Assembly (NCBI GenBank): GCA_963829995.1
Contig: CAWHKW010000031.1
Coordinates: 238,358-302,357, forward strand
Origin: an uncultured beta proteobacterium
Lineage (GTDB): Bacteria; Pseudomonadota; Gammaproteobacteria; Burkholderiales; Burkholderiaceae_F
DNA: 64,000 nt
Reading direction: 5' to 3'
Part shown: positions 12,272 to 23,037 of the stretch, piece by piece
Position numbering within the stretch: the stretch's first letter is position 1
Layout of the letters: each line of letters begins with the position of its first letter
The notes under the pieces: generated by a model
What the model was told of the DNA's origin: nothing
Database searches by the model: none
Seen by the model: the letters and a program-made list of their open reading frames with translations, nothing else
Translations under genes and position numbers: made by a program

Positions 12272-14794
12272 CTAGCTTTTTATTTGGCGCGATTCCGGAT
12301 CGTAAGGCGCTTTGAGTGAGACGGCCGCCGCGTAGCGCTCGCCGGCCAGATCAATCTCGTATTCGCCGCCGTCGATCCACGCACGGTCGGCCGCACCGTT
12401 GGGATGGGTTACCAACCCGAGTGCGACCGGTTTGCCAATCGTGTGGCCGAAAGCCGCCGAGGTAATGGAGCCGACGGGTTCGCCGTTGCGCAGGATCAGC
12501 TCATTGCCCCATACGTTCGTGTGCGGCGCATCGATCACCAGCGAAACGATGCGGCGCCTCAAGGTGTCGCGATCGAGCGCGGCCAGCGCATCGCGGCCGC
12601 GGAAGCCGCCCGGTTTGCCGAGCTTGACTGCGAATCCGAGTCCCGCTTCGTAGGGGGTGATGTCGGGCGAAAGCTCGCGGCCCCATGCGCGATAGCCTTT
12701 TTCGAGACGGAGCGAATCGATCGCGTAGTAGCCCGCGTTCGCGATACCGAGGTCGCCGCCGGCCGCAAACAGTGCCTCGTAGACACCGACTGCGAACTCG
12801 ACAGGAACATAAAGCTCCCACCCGAGCTCGCCCACGTACGTCAAGCGGGTCGCGCGCACGGTCGCGTAACCGACGTCGATCACACGCGATGCGCCGAACG
12901 GGAAGCTGGGCGGCGAAAAATCTGCGGTCGACACACGCTGTAGCAGCTTGCGGGCCAGCGGACCCATCACCGCGATGACAGCAAACATCGACGTGATATC
13001 GAATACTTCGCAGCGCGGCGCGTCGGGCAACGCAGCGAACGCGCGCTCGATCACATCGCGATCGCGCACCGCCTGTGCGCTGCCGGTCACGACCATGTAT
13101 TCGTTGTGGTCGAGCAGCGTGACCGTAAAGTCACTCTCGTAGCCGCCGCGATCGTTCAGCATGCCGGTGTAGACGGTGCCGCCGACTTCGGACGGCACCT
13201 CGTTGGCAATGATCGAGTTCAGCGCGTGCTGCGCGTCCGGACCTTTGATCAGCAGCTTCGCAAACGAGCTCATGTCGAAGACGGCGACACGCTCGCGGCA
13301 CGCGCGATGTTCTTCCGCGACCCATCGGTGCCAGTTCTGATGACCCCATGAATACTCGATCTGCGCATGCTCGCGAGATGGCGCAAAGAAATTCGCGCGC
13401 TCCCATCCCATCTTCGAGCCGAAGCACGCGCCGGCATCGCGCAGCAGCGCGTACAACGGCGAGCGCCGAAACGGCCGTGCGCTTTCGAGCTCGCGATTCG
13501 GCCACGGCATCTTGTAGTGCATGCCGAGCACTTCTCCGATGCGATCGGGCAGCCAGTTTTCGTTCGCGTTGAACTGGTTGAAGCGGCGAATGTCAACCGG
13601 CCATAGATCGAGCGTCGGTTCGCCCTGCACGATCCATTCGGCAAGCGCCCGGCCGGCGCCGCCGGCTGACGCGATTCCCATCGAGTTAAAGCCGCAACCG
13701 ACGTAAAAATTTTCGAAGCCAGGCGCGGGCCCGACGATGAAGTTGTTGTCCGCGGTAAATGATTCGGGGCCGTTGTAGAACTGCTTGACCTGCGCAGTTT
13801 CGAGCGCTGGCACGCGAATCATCGCGTTATCCAGCAGGATCTGAAACGCATCCCAGTTATCGGGAAGCAACTGGAACTCAAAATTTTCCGGAATGCCCCC
13901 GCGGTGCTGCGCGCTTTGCAGCCACGGCGTCGCGTTCGGTTCGAAGCCGCCCATCAGCAAGCCGCCGACTTCCTCCTTGAAGTAAATGTATCCGTCCGGA
14001 TCGCGCAGCACCGGCAGATCGCGATGCACGCCTTCGATGCGATCGGTGACGATGTAGAAGTGCTCGCAGGAGAAGAGCGGCACCGTGACGTCAATCTGGC
14101 GCGCAACCGCGCGCGACCATTGGCCGCCGCACAGCACGATGATTTCGGCGTCGATCACGCCTTCGTCGCCCGCTTTGTTGCGCCAGCTCAAACTCGAAAC
14201 ACGTTTGGTGCGCGTTGAAGAAGAAACTTTCAACCCTGCCGCTCGCACGTTCTCGAAGATCTTTACGCCGCGATTGCGCGCACCTTTTGCGAGCGCGAGC
14301 GTCAGGTCGGCGGGGTTCGCCTTGCCGTCACCGCGCAACCACACCGCACCCTGCAGGTCTTCGGTCGCCATGATCGGATAGAGCTTCGCTGCATCGGCCA
14401 CCGAGATCACATCGCAATCGACGCCGTGCGCGCGCGCCACTGCGGCCGTGCGCTTCAGTTGAATCATTCGGTCCGCGGTGCGCGCAACTGCGAGTGAGCC
14501 GCATTGCTTCCAGCCGGTACCCAGTCCCGTTTCCGCTTCGAGTTTCGAGTACAGCTCGGTCGAGTATCGAATCAGCCGAGTCATGCTCTCGTGAGCGCGC
14601 AGTTGCCCTACTAGTCCGGCGGCATGCCACGTCGTGCCCGACGTCAGGCGTCCCTGTTCGAGCAGCACAACGTCTGTCTCGCCGAGTGCGCTCAGGTGAT
14701 AAGCAAGCGAGCACCCCATGATGCCGCCGCCGATGATGACGATGCGTGCGGCAGCGGGGGGCGCGGACGCTGCGCTCAGGCGCTCGGAGCTCAA
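12272..14794 (-). CDS. FAD-dependent oxidoreductase fused to an aminomethyltransferase (GcvT) domain; dimethylglycine/sarcosine dehydrogenase-like
   Basis: N-terminal GGGIMG dinucleotide fold and a C-terminal GcvT-like folate-binding domain; 840 aa. Confidence 0.75.
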   Translation of the reverse strand: MSSERLSAASAPPAAARIVIIGGGIMGCSLAYHLSALGETDVVLLEQGRLTSGTTWHAAGLVGQLRAHESMTRLIRYSTELYSKLEAETGLGTGWKQCGSLAVARTADRMIQLKRTAAVARAHGVDCDVISVADAAKLYPIMATEDLQGAVWLRGDGKANPADLTLALAKGARNRGVKIFENVRAAGLKVSSSTRTKRVSSLSWRNKAGDEGVIDAEIIVLCGGQWSRAVARQIDVTVPLFSCEHFYIVTDRIEGVHRDLPVLRDPDGYIYFKEEVGGLLMGGFEPNATPWLQSAQHRGGIPENFEFQLLPDNWDAFQILLDNAMIRVPALETAQVKQFYNGPESFTADNNFIVGPAPGFENFYVGCGFNSMGIASAGGAGRALAEWIVQGEPTLDLWPVDIRRFNQFNANENWLPDRIGEVLGMHYKMPWPNRELESARPFRRSPLYALLRDAGACFGSKMGWERANFFAPSREHAQIEYSWGHQNWHRWVAEEHRACRERVAVFDMSSFAKLLIKGPDAQHALNSIIANEVPSEVGGTVYTGMLNDRGGYESDFTVTLLDHNEYMVVTGSAQAVRDRDVIERAFAALPDAPRCEVFDITSMFAVIAVMGPLARKLLQRVSTADFSPPSFPFGASRVIDVGYATVRATRLTYVGELGWELYVPVEFAVGVYEALFAAGGDLGIANAGYYAIDSLRLEKGYRAWGRELSPDITPYEAGLGFAVKLGKPGGFRGRDALAALDRDTLRRRIVSLVIDAPHTNVWGNELILRNGEPVGSITSAAFGHTIGKPVALGLVTHPNGAADRAWIDGGEYEIDLAGERYAAAVSLKAPYDPESRQIKS

Positions 14795-15486
14795 GACGCG
14801 CTTTCTGTCACGCGGAATCTCTGTCTAAATGCTCGCTCGCCAGCTGGTGAAAAGGTCACCACCCGAGAATCCTTTGCGCGCCGAGCCCAGCCGAGTTCGT
14901 AACATCGGTCCAATAGCGCCGCACCGGCGGCGCCTGCAAGATGATGCCGGCGCTCGCTCCAGTCGAGGCAGGTGCGCGACAAACGGCGGCGTTGCGAAGC
15001 CAGCGTTTCAAAGTCGATTCCGATTTCGGCGAAAAACCGCTTGCCGGCGCGCGTAAAAGTGAGTCCGTCGGCGTCGCGTCGCACATAACGACTGTGCTCG
15101 AGGCTGTCTAGCGCGAGCACGCCCAGCTCCCCGGCAAGATGGTCATAGCAAACGCGCGCCTTTCTCAACGCGGGTTCGCGCGGGCTTGAGCGAACCCGGA
15201 CGGCGCCGGTGCGGTACGCCACGCCCATCAGGCTTTCAAGAAGGTGTGCCACGTCGCGGTCTGCGAGCCGAAAGTACCGGTGCCGTCCCTGGCTCTCGAC
15301 GACGATCAACCGCGCATCAAGCAACTTGGCCAGATGTGAGCTGATCGTCTGCTTGGTCAGGTTGGCGACCCCCGCAAGCTCCGTCGCGGTCAGCGCCTCG
15401 CCTCCCACCAGAGCCGTCAGAATCTCGGCACGGGCGTGGTCACCGACTAGAGCGGCGATGCGAACGATGCTTGGGCCGTCTTTCAT
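14791..15486 (-). CDS. ArsR/SmtB-family transcriptional regulator
   Basis: Winged HTH (ILTALVGGEALTATELAGVANLTKQTISSHLAKL). The likely start is MKDGPS. Confidence 0.7.
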   Translation of the reverse strand: MKDGPSIVRIAALVGDHARAEILTALVGGEALTATELAGVANLTKQTISSHLAKLLDARLIVVESQGRHRYFRLADRDVAHLLESLMGVAYRTGAVRVRSSPREPALRKARVCYDHLAGELGVLALDSLEHSRYVRRDADGLTFTRAGKRFFAEIGIDFETLASQRRRLSRTCLDWSERRHHLAGAAGAALLDRCYELGWARRAKDSRVVTFSPAGERAFRQRFRVTESAS

Positions 15487-15559
15487 GGTTCGATCGTAGT
15501 CGAACCATCGCGGCACGGCAAGGCGCTATCGTCGTGCCTTGCGAACACGGCGAGACAAC

Positions 15560-15880
15560 ATGAAGATCACCTGCTTTATCCGTTACGAGATCGACCCGTT
15601 CCAGCGCGATGCATTCAAGCAGTACGCGGACACCTGGGCGCGCATCATTCCGCGCTGTGGCGGCGACCTGGTCGGCTACTTTCTGCCGTACGAAGGAACG
15701 AACAACGTCGCGTGGGGATTGATCGCGTTCGACAGCCTCACCGCCTACGAAGCGTATCGGGCGAGACTGAAAGCCGATCCAGAAGGTCGCTCGAACTTCG
15801 CGTTCGCGCAGGAAAAACGGCTAATCCTGCGCGAAGAACGTACCTTTCTGGAAGCGGTCGAGAGTACGTTTCGTGCGTGA
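15560..15880 (+). CDS. NIPSNAP-family protein
   Basis: [35 protein letters not shown]… is typical of NIPSNAP. Confidence 0.7.
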   Translation: MKITCFIRYEIDPFQRDAFKQYADTWARIIPRCGGDLVGYFLPYEGTNNVAWGLIAFDSLTAYEAYRARLKADPEGRSNFAFAQEKRLILREERTFLEAVESTFRA

Positions 15881-16074
15881 TGGGCATGTCGGTGTAAAAG
15901 TTTCGACGTTGGCACTCTTAGCAGGTGCACACCGTGGGTAAACGAGAACTGCTGGAACAGGTGCTTAAGTTGGATCCGACCCAACGATGGCTCGAGAGCG
16001 CTCGTGGTCGTAGCGCGGCGGCGGGGGCGTGCCGCCGCGAAGAGTCTTGAAGCAACTGCGAAGTAGAGTCAAAC

Positions 16075-16599
16075 ATGCTCGCTCAGTTCCAGGCATTCGT
16101 CGAACAACTATTGCAGAGTCAGGGCACGCTCCCGGAGCTAACCCAAGCGGAATTGCTGTCTATTGCCGAGAATTTGTGCGCCTTATGCGAGACCATTGAC
16201 TGGGGCGCCCTGCAACTTCCAGCAGCAAATCCTGGGCAGGAAGTCTTGCACGAACTGGCAGTGAGTTCGCCGGCCGGGCCCTCGGCATATCTCGTCTCCG
16301 ACGGCATCGGAGTTACAAGCCCGCCACACGAACACCGAACTTGGGCGGTAATTGTTGGCATTCGCGGAACGGAGATGCATACCAAATACAAAGTTGCTCC
16401 GGGCGATTCTCGGGAAGTTACTGTCGACACTTCAATCAGCGTTGGAGCTGGCGAAGTGCTCATGCTGGCAAGTTCAGATATTCATTCAACGAAAGTTGTT
16501 GGCGACGAGCCGACTTATCACGTGCATCTCTATGGGACCGCCTTTTCATCGTGGCCCGCTTTTTCTGCCCGTCGCTATAAGGCGAAGAATGCGACGTAA
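16075..16599 (+). CDS. Cupin protein, cysteine-dioxygenase type I-like (thiol dioxygenase family)
   Basis: Cupin motifs SPPHEHRTWAVIVGIRGTE and HVHLYG. Local GC (~52%) is well below the flanks. Confidence 0.5.
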   Translation: MLAQFQAFVEQLLQSQGTLPELTQAELLSIAENLCALCETIDWGALQLPAANPGQEVLHELAVSSPAGPSAYLVSDGIGVTSPPHEHRTWAVIVGIRGTEMHTKYKVAPGDSREVTVDTSISVGAGEVLMLASSDIHSTKVVGDEPTYHVHLYGTAFSSWPAFSARRYKAKNAT

Positions 16600-16797
16600 C
16601 CGATCATTCGGGCGCGCCACTGACATGCGGCCGCCGCGGCCAGGAGCGGACCTCGCCGCTTCCGCCCGACTATCCGAAAAGCGGACGGCCGAGTAGTCAG
16701 TTGCATCGTAGCTATACTGCATTGCATAAGCGACGCAGCCTGCGTCTCGGTCAGCGACCCCAGCGCTTCCTCTGGGAAACATCCGGAGGAAGTCGCA

Positions 16798-17043
16798 ATG
16801 CACATTTTTGCAAGGGCCCTTGCCCTCATCTTCGTAGTCGGCGGTCTCGGTGTGATCTACGCGCCCAAGGCTCTCGCTGCCGACGAGCCCATTATTGTCG
16901 TTGTGCGACTCTTCCCCGCGGAGGGACGCGAGGACGAAGCGCAGGCGCGGCTTGCTAAGTTGGTGAAGTTCGTCCCAGCGAACAACCCGGGCGTGACCTT
17001 CCGACTTCATCGCTCGACGAAGAAACGGTCGTGTTCCTTCTAG
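16798..17043 (+). CDS. Small exported protein, probably the frameshifted N-terminal part of an ABM-like monooxygenase domain protein
   Basis: Signal peptide followed by IIVVVRLFPAEGREDEAQARLAKLVKFV… The next frame continues …DEETVVFLLV…. Confidence 0.3.
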   Translation: MHIFARALALIFVVGGLGVIYAPKALAADEPIIVVVRLFPAEGREDEAQARLAKLVKFVPANNPGVTFRLHRSTKKRSCSF

Positions 17044-17965
17044 TTCCGTTCCAGCAGCGAAAACCTACAAGACCGTTCACGACCATATCGACGACTGAGG
17101 ATGACTGGTCGATCGCTCGCTTCTCGATGCTGCGCGATCTGCTGGGCGAGAGCCATCAGGTAGAAGCGCGAGACCGCATCACGGATGAAAGAGGCGATGA
17201 CGTCGATCTTGCCGGCGGGAGCGATCTACCTTTCGACCAGATCTGGATGTTCGCAGTTGACGCGACCAATGCGCTGACGGCGGCCGACATCGCCGGCATC
17301 GAAGCGTTTCGGCGCCGAGGCGGGGGGCTTCTTTTGACGCGCGATCACTTCGACCTCGGGAGCGGTCTCTCGAAGCTCTCCGGCATCGGGGCCGCTCATC
17401 ATTTCCACAACGTCAACCCAGAGACGGAGCCCGAACGCCGTACGCGTGACGAAACGTTCCCGACGCAAGCCGCATTGGCAAACTACAGTCAGCCCAAGAC
17501 GGCTACTATCAGGAGATCGAAACGATCACGCCCGTCCATCCGTTGCTGCGCCGGGCGGACGGCGGAGCGATTCGTTACCTGCCAGCGCATCCTCACGAAG
17601 GCGCAGTGAGCGCGCCGACGGGGTTGGGAAGCGCTGCACGGGTGGTTGCGCGGGGTACGAGCAGAGTGACGGGACGACCCTTCAATCTGATGGTGGCGAT
17701 GGATCGCTATCGGCACGATGGGGCAGATCTCGGCCGCGCGGTCGCCGAGGCGACTTTCCATCGCTTCGCGGACTACAACTGGAATACCGCCGCGGGCTGC
17801 CCAAGTTTTGTCAATGAGCCGCCCGGCAACGGGTTGGAGCGCGAGCCTAGGGCGCTAAACGACACGCGCGACTATGCCGCGTTCGTCAAGGAGCACGGAG
17901 CAACGCCGGAGGGTTTGTGGGCACAGCCAAATGAGGTCCAGCTTTATCGCATGATGACCGACTAG
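17031..17965 (+). pseudogene. Hypothetical protein split across two frames (shift near 17480-17540)
   Basis: ORFs 17031-17609 and 17543-17965 read as one continuous polypeptide (…FHNVNPETEPER… / …LLRRADGGAIRYLPAHPHEG…). No confident family assignment. Confidence 0.35.
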
Positions 17966-18174
17966 GTTTCGCCAGCGTCAATATCGTTATCGGATCGCTG
18001 GCGACCTCAATGTCGTCTAAGGGTCGAAAGCGGAAGCTACGCAAACCTTGCGCCGCGAAGCAGACATTGCAGCAACTCTGACGATGAACAGAGTTTGCCT
18101 GTGATCAGCGAGATGCTAAGTACTCGTCGCTGTTCAATTGTTGCGTTCGCGAAACTCTGACTTTGCTTACTGGC

Positions 18175-19542
18175 CTAGGCGCTTTTCAGGTGCCACGCTT
18201 TCGGTCGTGTAAACGCCTCGATGCCGTAGGTCGACAGCGTAAGCCCCATACCGGAGTGTCCAACGCCGCTCCAGGGCAATCGCGGGCTGACGCGGTCGCA
18301 GCAGTTCCAGTACACAGAGCCTGCGCGTAGTTGCGACAGTATCGACTGCGCGCGTTGCTCGTTCGTCGTATATACCCCCGCCGTGAGCCCGTATTCCGTG
18401 TCGTTCATCAGACGCACCGCTTCCTCGTCGTTTGCAACACTCTGAATGCCGATGATCGGGCCAAAGCTTTCCTCGCGCATCACGTCCATCGAATGATTGA
18501 CTTGGGCCAGTACCGTAGGCGCGAACCAATTGCCCGGTAGTGGCAAGCGAGCACCACCGAGAACGAGCTTGGCACCTTTGGCCACGGCGTCGGCGACTTG
18601 CTTTTCGAGCACTTCGATCTGTGGCGCGCGGGTCAACGGGCCGATGTAGGTGTCGTCAGCGGCCGGATCGCCACGCTTGAAGCCCGCCACTTCCTTGCCG
18701 AACGCGTCAACGAAATCTTCGTAAATCGTTTGATGCACATAGATGCGCTCGACCGAGCAGCAGCTTTGACCGGTGTTGTACATCGCGCCGTCTGCGAGCG
18801 ACGCTGCGGCCGCAGCGACATCGACGTCTTCGCGCACGTAGATCGGGTCCTTGCCACCGAGCTCTAGCTGCAGCTTCACCATGCGCGGCCCGAGTTCGCG
18901 CGCGATGCGCTGGCCGGTTGCGTACGAGCCAGTAAAAAACACGCCGTCAACCGGTTGTTTGATCAGCTCTGCGCCGGCAGTGCCATCGCCGATCACGACC
19001 GAAAAAACATCGGCAGGGACACCGCACGCTTGCATCCGCTTGCCGATCTCCAGGCCAGTCAGTGCCGCGAACTCGGACGGCTTGTACAGAACCGCGTTGC
19101 CGGTCAGCAGCGCCGGCACAAACACGTTGCCGCCGACGAAGTACGGATAGTTCCACGCGGAGATGTTGGCGATGACACCGAGCGGTTCGTGCGAAATCTG
19201 TTCGCGCATGCCGCCTGCGTTGTGCACGTCGCGCGCGGCGATCGCCTTTTCGGTCTCAGCTAGAAAAAAGTCAATCCGCGCGGGCAGGCCTTTGATCTCG
19301 TTTCTCGACTGCTGAATCGGCTTGCCGGTTTCCGACGTGAGGACGGCAGCGAGGTGCTCGATGTCGTCAGTCAGCGTGCTGCGGAATCTGCGCAGTGTGT
19401 CGAGCCGCACCGCTAACGGTGTTGCAGCCCAGGCAGGCTGCGCTGTGCGCGCGGATCTGTACCTTGCAGCGATCGACTGCGCATCATCTTGTGGCAGTTC
19501 CGCGATCGTCGATCCCGTGGCGGGATTTCGAACCGTCAGCAT
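18175..19542 (-). CDS. Aldehyde dehydrogenase family protein
   Basis: ALDH motifs ELGGKDP and GQSCCSVER. The likely start is MLTVRNPATG at 19542. Confidence 0.85.
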   Translation of the reverse strand: MLTVRNPATGSTIAELPQDDAQSIAARYRSARTAQPAWAATPLAVRLDTLRRFRSTLTDDIEHLAAVLTSETGKPIQQSRNEIKGLPARIDFFLAETEKAIAARDVHNAGGMREQISHEPLGVIANISAWNYPYFVGGNVFVPALLTGNAVLYKPSEFAALTGLEIGKRMQACGVPADVFSVVIGDGTAGAELIKQPVDGVFFTGSYATGQRIARELGPRMVKLQLELGGKDPIYVREDVDVAAAAASLADGAMYNTGQSCCSVERIYVHQTIYEDFVDAFGKEVAGFKRGDPAADDTYIGPLTRAPQIEVLEKQVADAVAKGAKLVLGGARLPLPGNWFAPTVLAQVNHSMDVMREESFGPIIGIQSVANDEEAVRLMNDTEYGLTAGVYTTNEQRAQSILSQLRAGSVYWNCCDRVSPRLPWSGVGHSGMGLTLSTYGIEAFTRPKAWHLKSA

Positions 19543-20324
19543 GCTTGCTTGCTCTGATTGGCCCCGGTGGCCGCCAGAAATTCCTTCAGGATCGGATCGC
19601 CCGACAGTGTCTCGCTGCTCTTCCAATCGAGAAACTCAGGGTGCCACTGGACGGCGTTCACGTACGAGCCGCCGGTCCAGCGCATCGCCTCGATCATTCC
19701 GTCGTCGGGCGACGTCGCCTCTACTGTGAAGCCTTCGGCAAGCTTCTTCACGCCTTGATGATGGACACTGTTCACGCGCGCGCGAGAAACGCCCGGGTAA
19801 AGATCGGCCAGGAGCGTGTCCGGCACGAATTCGATCTCGTGAAAATTCTGGTCGTAGAGCGCGGCGTCGCGGTGCGTGCCGCTGTCCGGCTGCTGCGTCG
19901 CGATGTCCTGGTACAGCGTGCCGCCGAATGCGACGTTGATCACTTGCAGGCCGCGACAAATTCCGAGCACAGGCTTGCCCGCATCGATGAACGCACGCAA
20001 CAGTTCGATCTCATACTCGTCGCGCACGCGGTCGCCGCTCCATTCGGGCTTCAGCGGCTCTTCGCCGTAGCTGCCGGGCCAGACGTCGGATCCGCCGTGC
20101 AGCACCAGCCCGTCGAGCATTGCCGCGTAATCGTGCAGCGTCACGTCGCCGCGCTTCGTTTCACCTTCCGGCGAAGGAATCACGAGCGCGAGAGCGCCGG
20201 CCGATTGCACCCAGTGAACGATCGACTGCTCGACGTACTGCAGCGTCTTGCCGGTGAAAATCGGACGCTTCGCGTCGGCGTGAAAGAAACACACCGAGAT
20301 CCCGATGCGCGGCCTCGTTTTCAT
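19536..20324 (-). CDS. puuD: Gamma-glutamyl-gamma-aminobutyrate hydrolase family protein (class I glutamine amidotransferase-like, peptidase C26)
   Basis: GICRGLQVINVAFGGTL…HH…WHPE catalytic triad context. The start MKTRPRIG at 20324 overlaps the upstream stop. Confidence 0.75.
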   Translation of the reverse strand: MKTRPRIGISVCFFHADAKRPIFTGKTLQYVEQSIVHWVQSAGALALVIPSPEGETKRGDVTLHDYAAMLDGLVLHGGSDVWPGSYGEEPLKPEWSGDRVRDEYEIELLRAFIDAGKPVLGICRGLQVINVAFGGTLYQDIATQQPDSGTHRDAALYDQNFHEIEFVPDTLLADLYPGVSRARVNSVHHQGVKKLAEGFTVEATSPDDGMIEAMRWTGGSYVNAVQWHPEFLDWKSSETLSGDPILKEFLAATGANQSKQAC

Positions 20325-20334
20325 GCTCTGGCCT

Positions 20335-21468
20335 TCACATCGCCTGCTCGAAAAAGCGGGTGAAATCATCGCGCGAGCAGGGGCGCGGATTGGTCTGGTG
20401 GCAGATGTCCTTTTCGGCGATGTCGACCAGCGCAGGTATCTGGGTCGGCTTCACGCCGACCGCCGAGAGCGATGGCGCGATACCAATCTCTCGCTTCAGT
20501 CGCATCAGCCACGGCACGAAATCTTCTGCGCCGCCCGCACCGACGACGTGCGCAAGCTCGGCAAACTTGGTGCTGCGCGGTGTTCAGATTGAACCGCATC
20601 ACCGGCTCGAGCATCAGCGCGTTCGCCAGCCCGTGATGCAGATCGCACACGGCGCCCAGCGCGTGCGCACACGAGTGCACGGCGCCGAGATCTTTCTGAA
20701 ACGCGATCGCGCCCATCATCGACGCCATCATCATGTCGGCACGCGCAGTCAGATTGCGACCGTCCTTGACCGCGGTCGGCAACGCGCGCGCGGCGATCCG
20801 CACACCTTCAAGCGCTATGCCGTCACATAGTGGATGAAACGCAGGCGACAGATACGACTCGATGTTGTGCGTCAGCGCATCCATGCCGGTTGCTGCGGTG
20901 ACGGCGGGCGGCAAGTCGATGGTCAGTTCTGGATCGGCGAATACTGCTTTGGCAAGCAGCTTCGGCGAGAAGATCACTTGCTTGACGTGCGTTGTGTCGT
21001 CGCTCACCACGCTCGAACGCCCGACTTCGGAGCCGGTGCCGCTGGTCGTTGGCACTGCGACGATGTACGGCAACTCGGTCGTGATCGGCCGCACGCGGGG
21101 ATGGTCCCACGCGTATTCGATAACGTCGCCGTCGTGCACCGCCATCAGCGCCACGACCTTGGCAACGTCAAGCGCCGCACCGCCTCCTATCCCGATCACG
21201 CAATCGGCGCGATGCGCGCGAAACGCGTCACGGCCCTGCATCGCCTGCGACGCAGCCGGGTTGCCGTGCACGCCCGAAAACACGTTGGCATCTAACCCAG
21301 CGCCAAGACTGGCAACGAAATTCTTAAGCACCGGCAGCGCGGCGAGGCCTTTGTCGGTCACGACAATCGGCCGCTTGAAGCCGCGCTCACGCAGATGATC
21401 TCCAACCAGCTTGCTCGCGCCAGGACCGAACTGAATGTCGGTAGGAAAGGAAAAGCGTGAAACGGTCA
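20335..21468 (-). pseudogene. Iron-containing alcohol dehydrogenase with one frameshift near 20580
   Basis: The main ORF (20366-21544) ends in arginine-rich junk. The true C-terminus (…PWLMRLKREIGIAPSLSAVGV…) is in ORF 20335-20517. Confidence 0.7.
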
Positions 21469-23034
21469 TTTGATAGTCACCCAACGCAACTCGAGCACAT
21501 CGCTGGGCCATTGCACGACATCGATGTTTGGCCGCATCACCCACGTTAGCTTGCGCCGATACAGCGGCACCAGCGGGAGGTCGGCGTTAATGATGCGCAG
21601 CGCATCGCCGGTTAGCGTGCGACGCTTTGCAATATCCGGCTCAACGCGAATCGCATCGATCAGCGCATCGAGCTTGGAGTTCGAATAGCGGCCGCCGTTG
21701 AACGCGCCGCTGCCGGCACCATCCCAGCTGCGAATGACGTTGTTGAGCATCGCCCACGGGTCGGTGCCGGGCGTCCAACCGAACTCGAAGAAGCTCGATG
21801 TCGCCTGGGTCAGCTTCGGAAAGAAGATCGAACTCGGCGATGGCTGAAACGAAACGCGGATGTCGATTTGCGCCAGCATCGCGCTGATAGCCTGGCACAC
21901 CGCCGCACGGTAGGTAACGTTGACGCAATCGAGCGCGACTTCGAAGCCGTGTGCATAGCCGGCTTCCCTCAGCAACGCGCGCGCCGCTGCAGGGTCGTAA
22001 CGCAAACGCTTGTCGAGTTCGGGCACATAGCCGTCGACCAGAGGTGACAGGTGCGTCCCGATCGGCGTCGCCTGTCCGCGCAACACTTTGGCAATGATCG
22101 TGTCAATGTCGATCGCGTGATACACCGCGCGTCGCACGCGCAGGTCCTTGAACGGATTGCGTCCTTTAATATTTGAGAACTGCAGTTCATTGCGCGACTG
22201 ATCAAAGCCCAGATACTGCATGCCGATGTCGCTGGTCTCGACCGACTTCAACGCTTTGTCGCGCTTGATCCGCGCCACGTCCTGAAACGGCGGATCGATG
22301 ACAAAGTCGACTTCGTTCGACGCCAGCGCGGCGAGCCGCGTCGCGTCGGCCTGAATGACGGTGTAAGTGGCTTCGGTCACGTTGCCGATGCCGTTGCCAC
22401 TTTTGCCCCACCAATTCGGATTCGCGGTCAACACCAGCCGCCGGTCCTGCTCATACGTTTTCAACACGAAGGGCCCGGTGCCGTTGGCGTTGCGCACTGC
22501 GTAGGTTTCCTGCTTGCCGTTGTAGTCCTGCGGCAGCAATACGCCGTGCTTTTCCGCCCAAGCCTTGCTCATCATCGCGATCAGCCAAAGCTTGTCGGGC
22601 AGTACGGCATCGGGCGCCGAAAGCTGCACGTCGATCGTCAGGGAATCGACCTTGCGAACCCCGGTGACGCCGCGCAGCTGGCTGGCGCGCTGCGAAGTCT
22701 TCGCCAGCGCGCGCTCGATCGAAAAAACGGCATCGTCCGCGGTGAACGGCGCGCCATCGTGAAACTTCACATCCGGCCGCAGCTTGAAGCGCCAAACCGT
22801 GGGCGACGTCGCTTGCCAGGACACCGCGAGCGACGGCTCGAGCTTGAAGCTCTGATCGCGATTGACCAGGCCTTCATAGATCTGAGTGACGACTCGCGTT
22901 TGATACAGCAGGGCGAGTGAATGCGGGTCGAGCGAGTTGGGGTCGAACGCGCTGGCGAAGCGCAGGGTCTTTGCGAATACAGGTGCCGACGCCAGCAAGG
23001 ACAACAGCACCAGGGCGATCAATCGTGCAAGCAT
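21466..23034 (-). CDS. ABC transporter substrate-binding protein, family 5 (peptide/opine/nickel type); orphan, no cognate permease or ATPase nearby
   Basis: Signal peptide and family-5 SBP fold (522 aa). 4-nt overlap with the downstream ADH. Confidence 0.75.
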   Translation of the reverse strand: MLARLIALVLLSLLASAPVFAKTLRFASAFDPNSLDPHSLALLYQTRVVTQIYEGLVNRDQSFKLEPSLAVSWQATSPTVWRFKLRPDVKFHDGAPFTADDAVFSIERALAKTSQRASQLRGVTGVRKVDSLTIDVQLSAPDAVLPDKLWLIAMMSKAWAEKHGVLLPQDYNGKQETYAVRNANGTGPFVLKTYEQDRRLVLTANPNWWGKSGNGIGNVTEATYTVIQADATRLAALASNEVDFVIDPPFQDVARIKRDKALKSVETSDIGMQYLGFDQSRNELQFSNIKGRNPFKDLRVRRAVYHAIDIDTIIAKVLRGQATPIGTHLSPLVDGYVPELDKRLRYDPAAARALLREAGYAHGFEVALDCVNVTYRAAVCQAISAMLAQIDIRVSFQPSPSSIFFPKLTQATSSFFEFGWTPGTDPWAMLNNVIRSWDGAGSGAFNGGRYSNSKLDALIDAIRVEPDIAKRRTLTGDALRIINADLPLVPLYRRKLTWVMRPNIDVVQWPSDVLELRWVTIK

Positions 23035-23037
23035 GTG

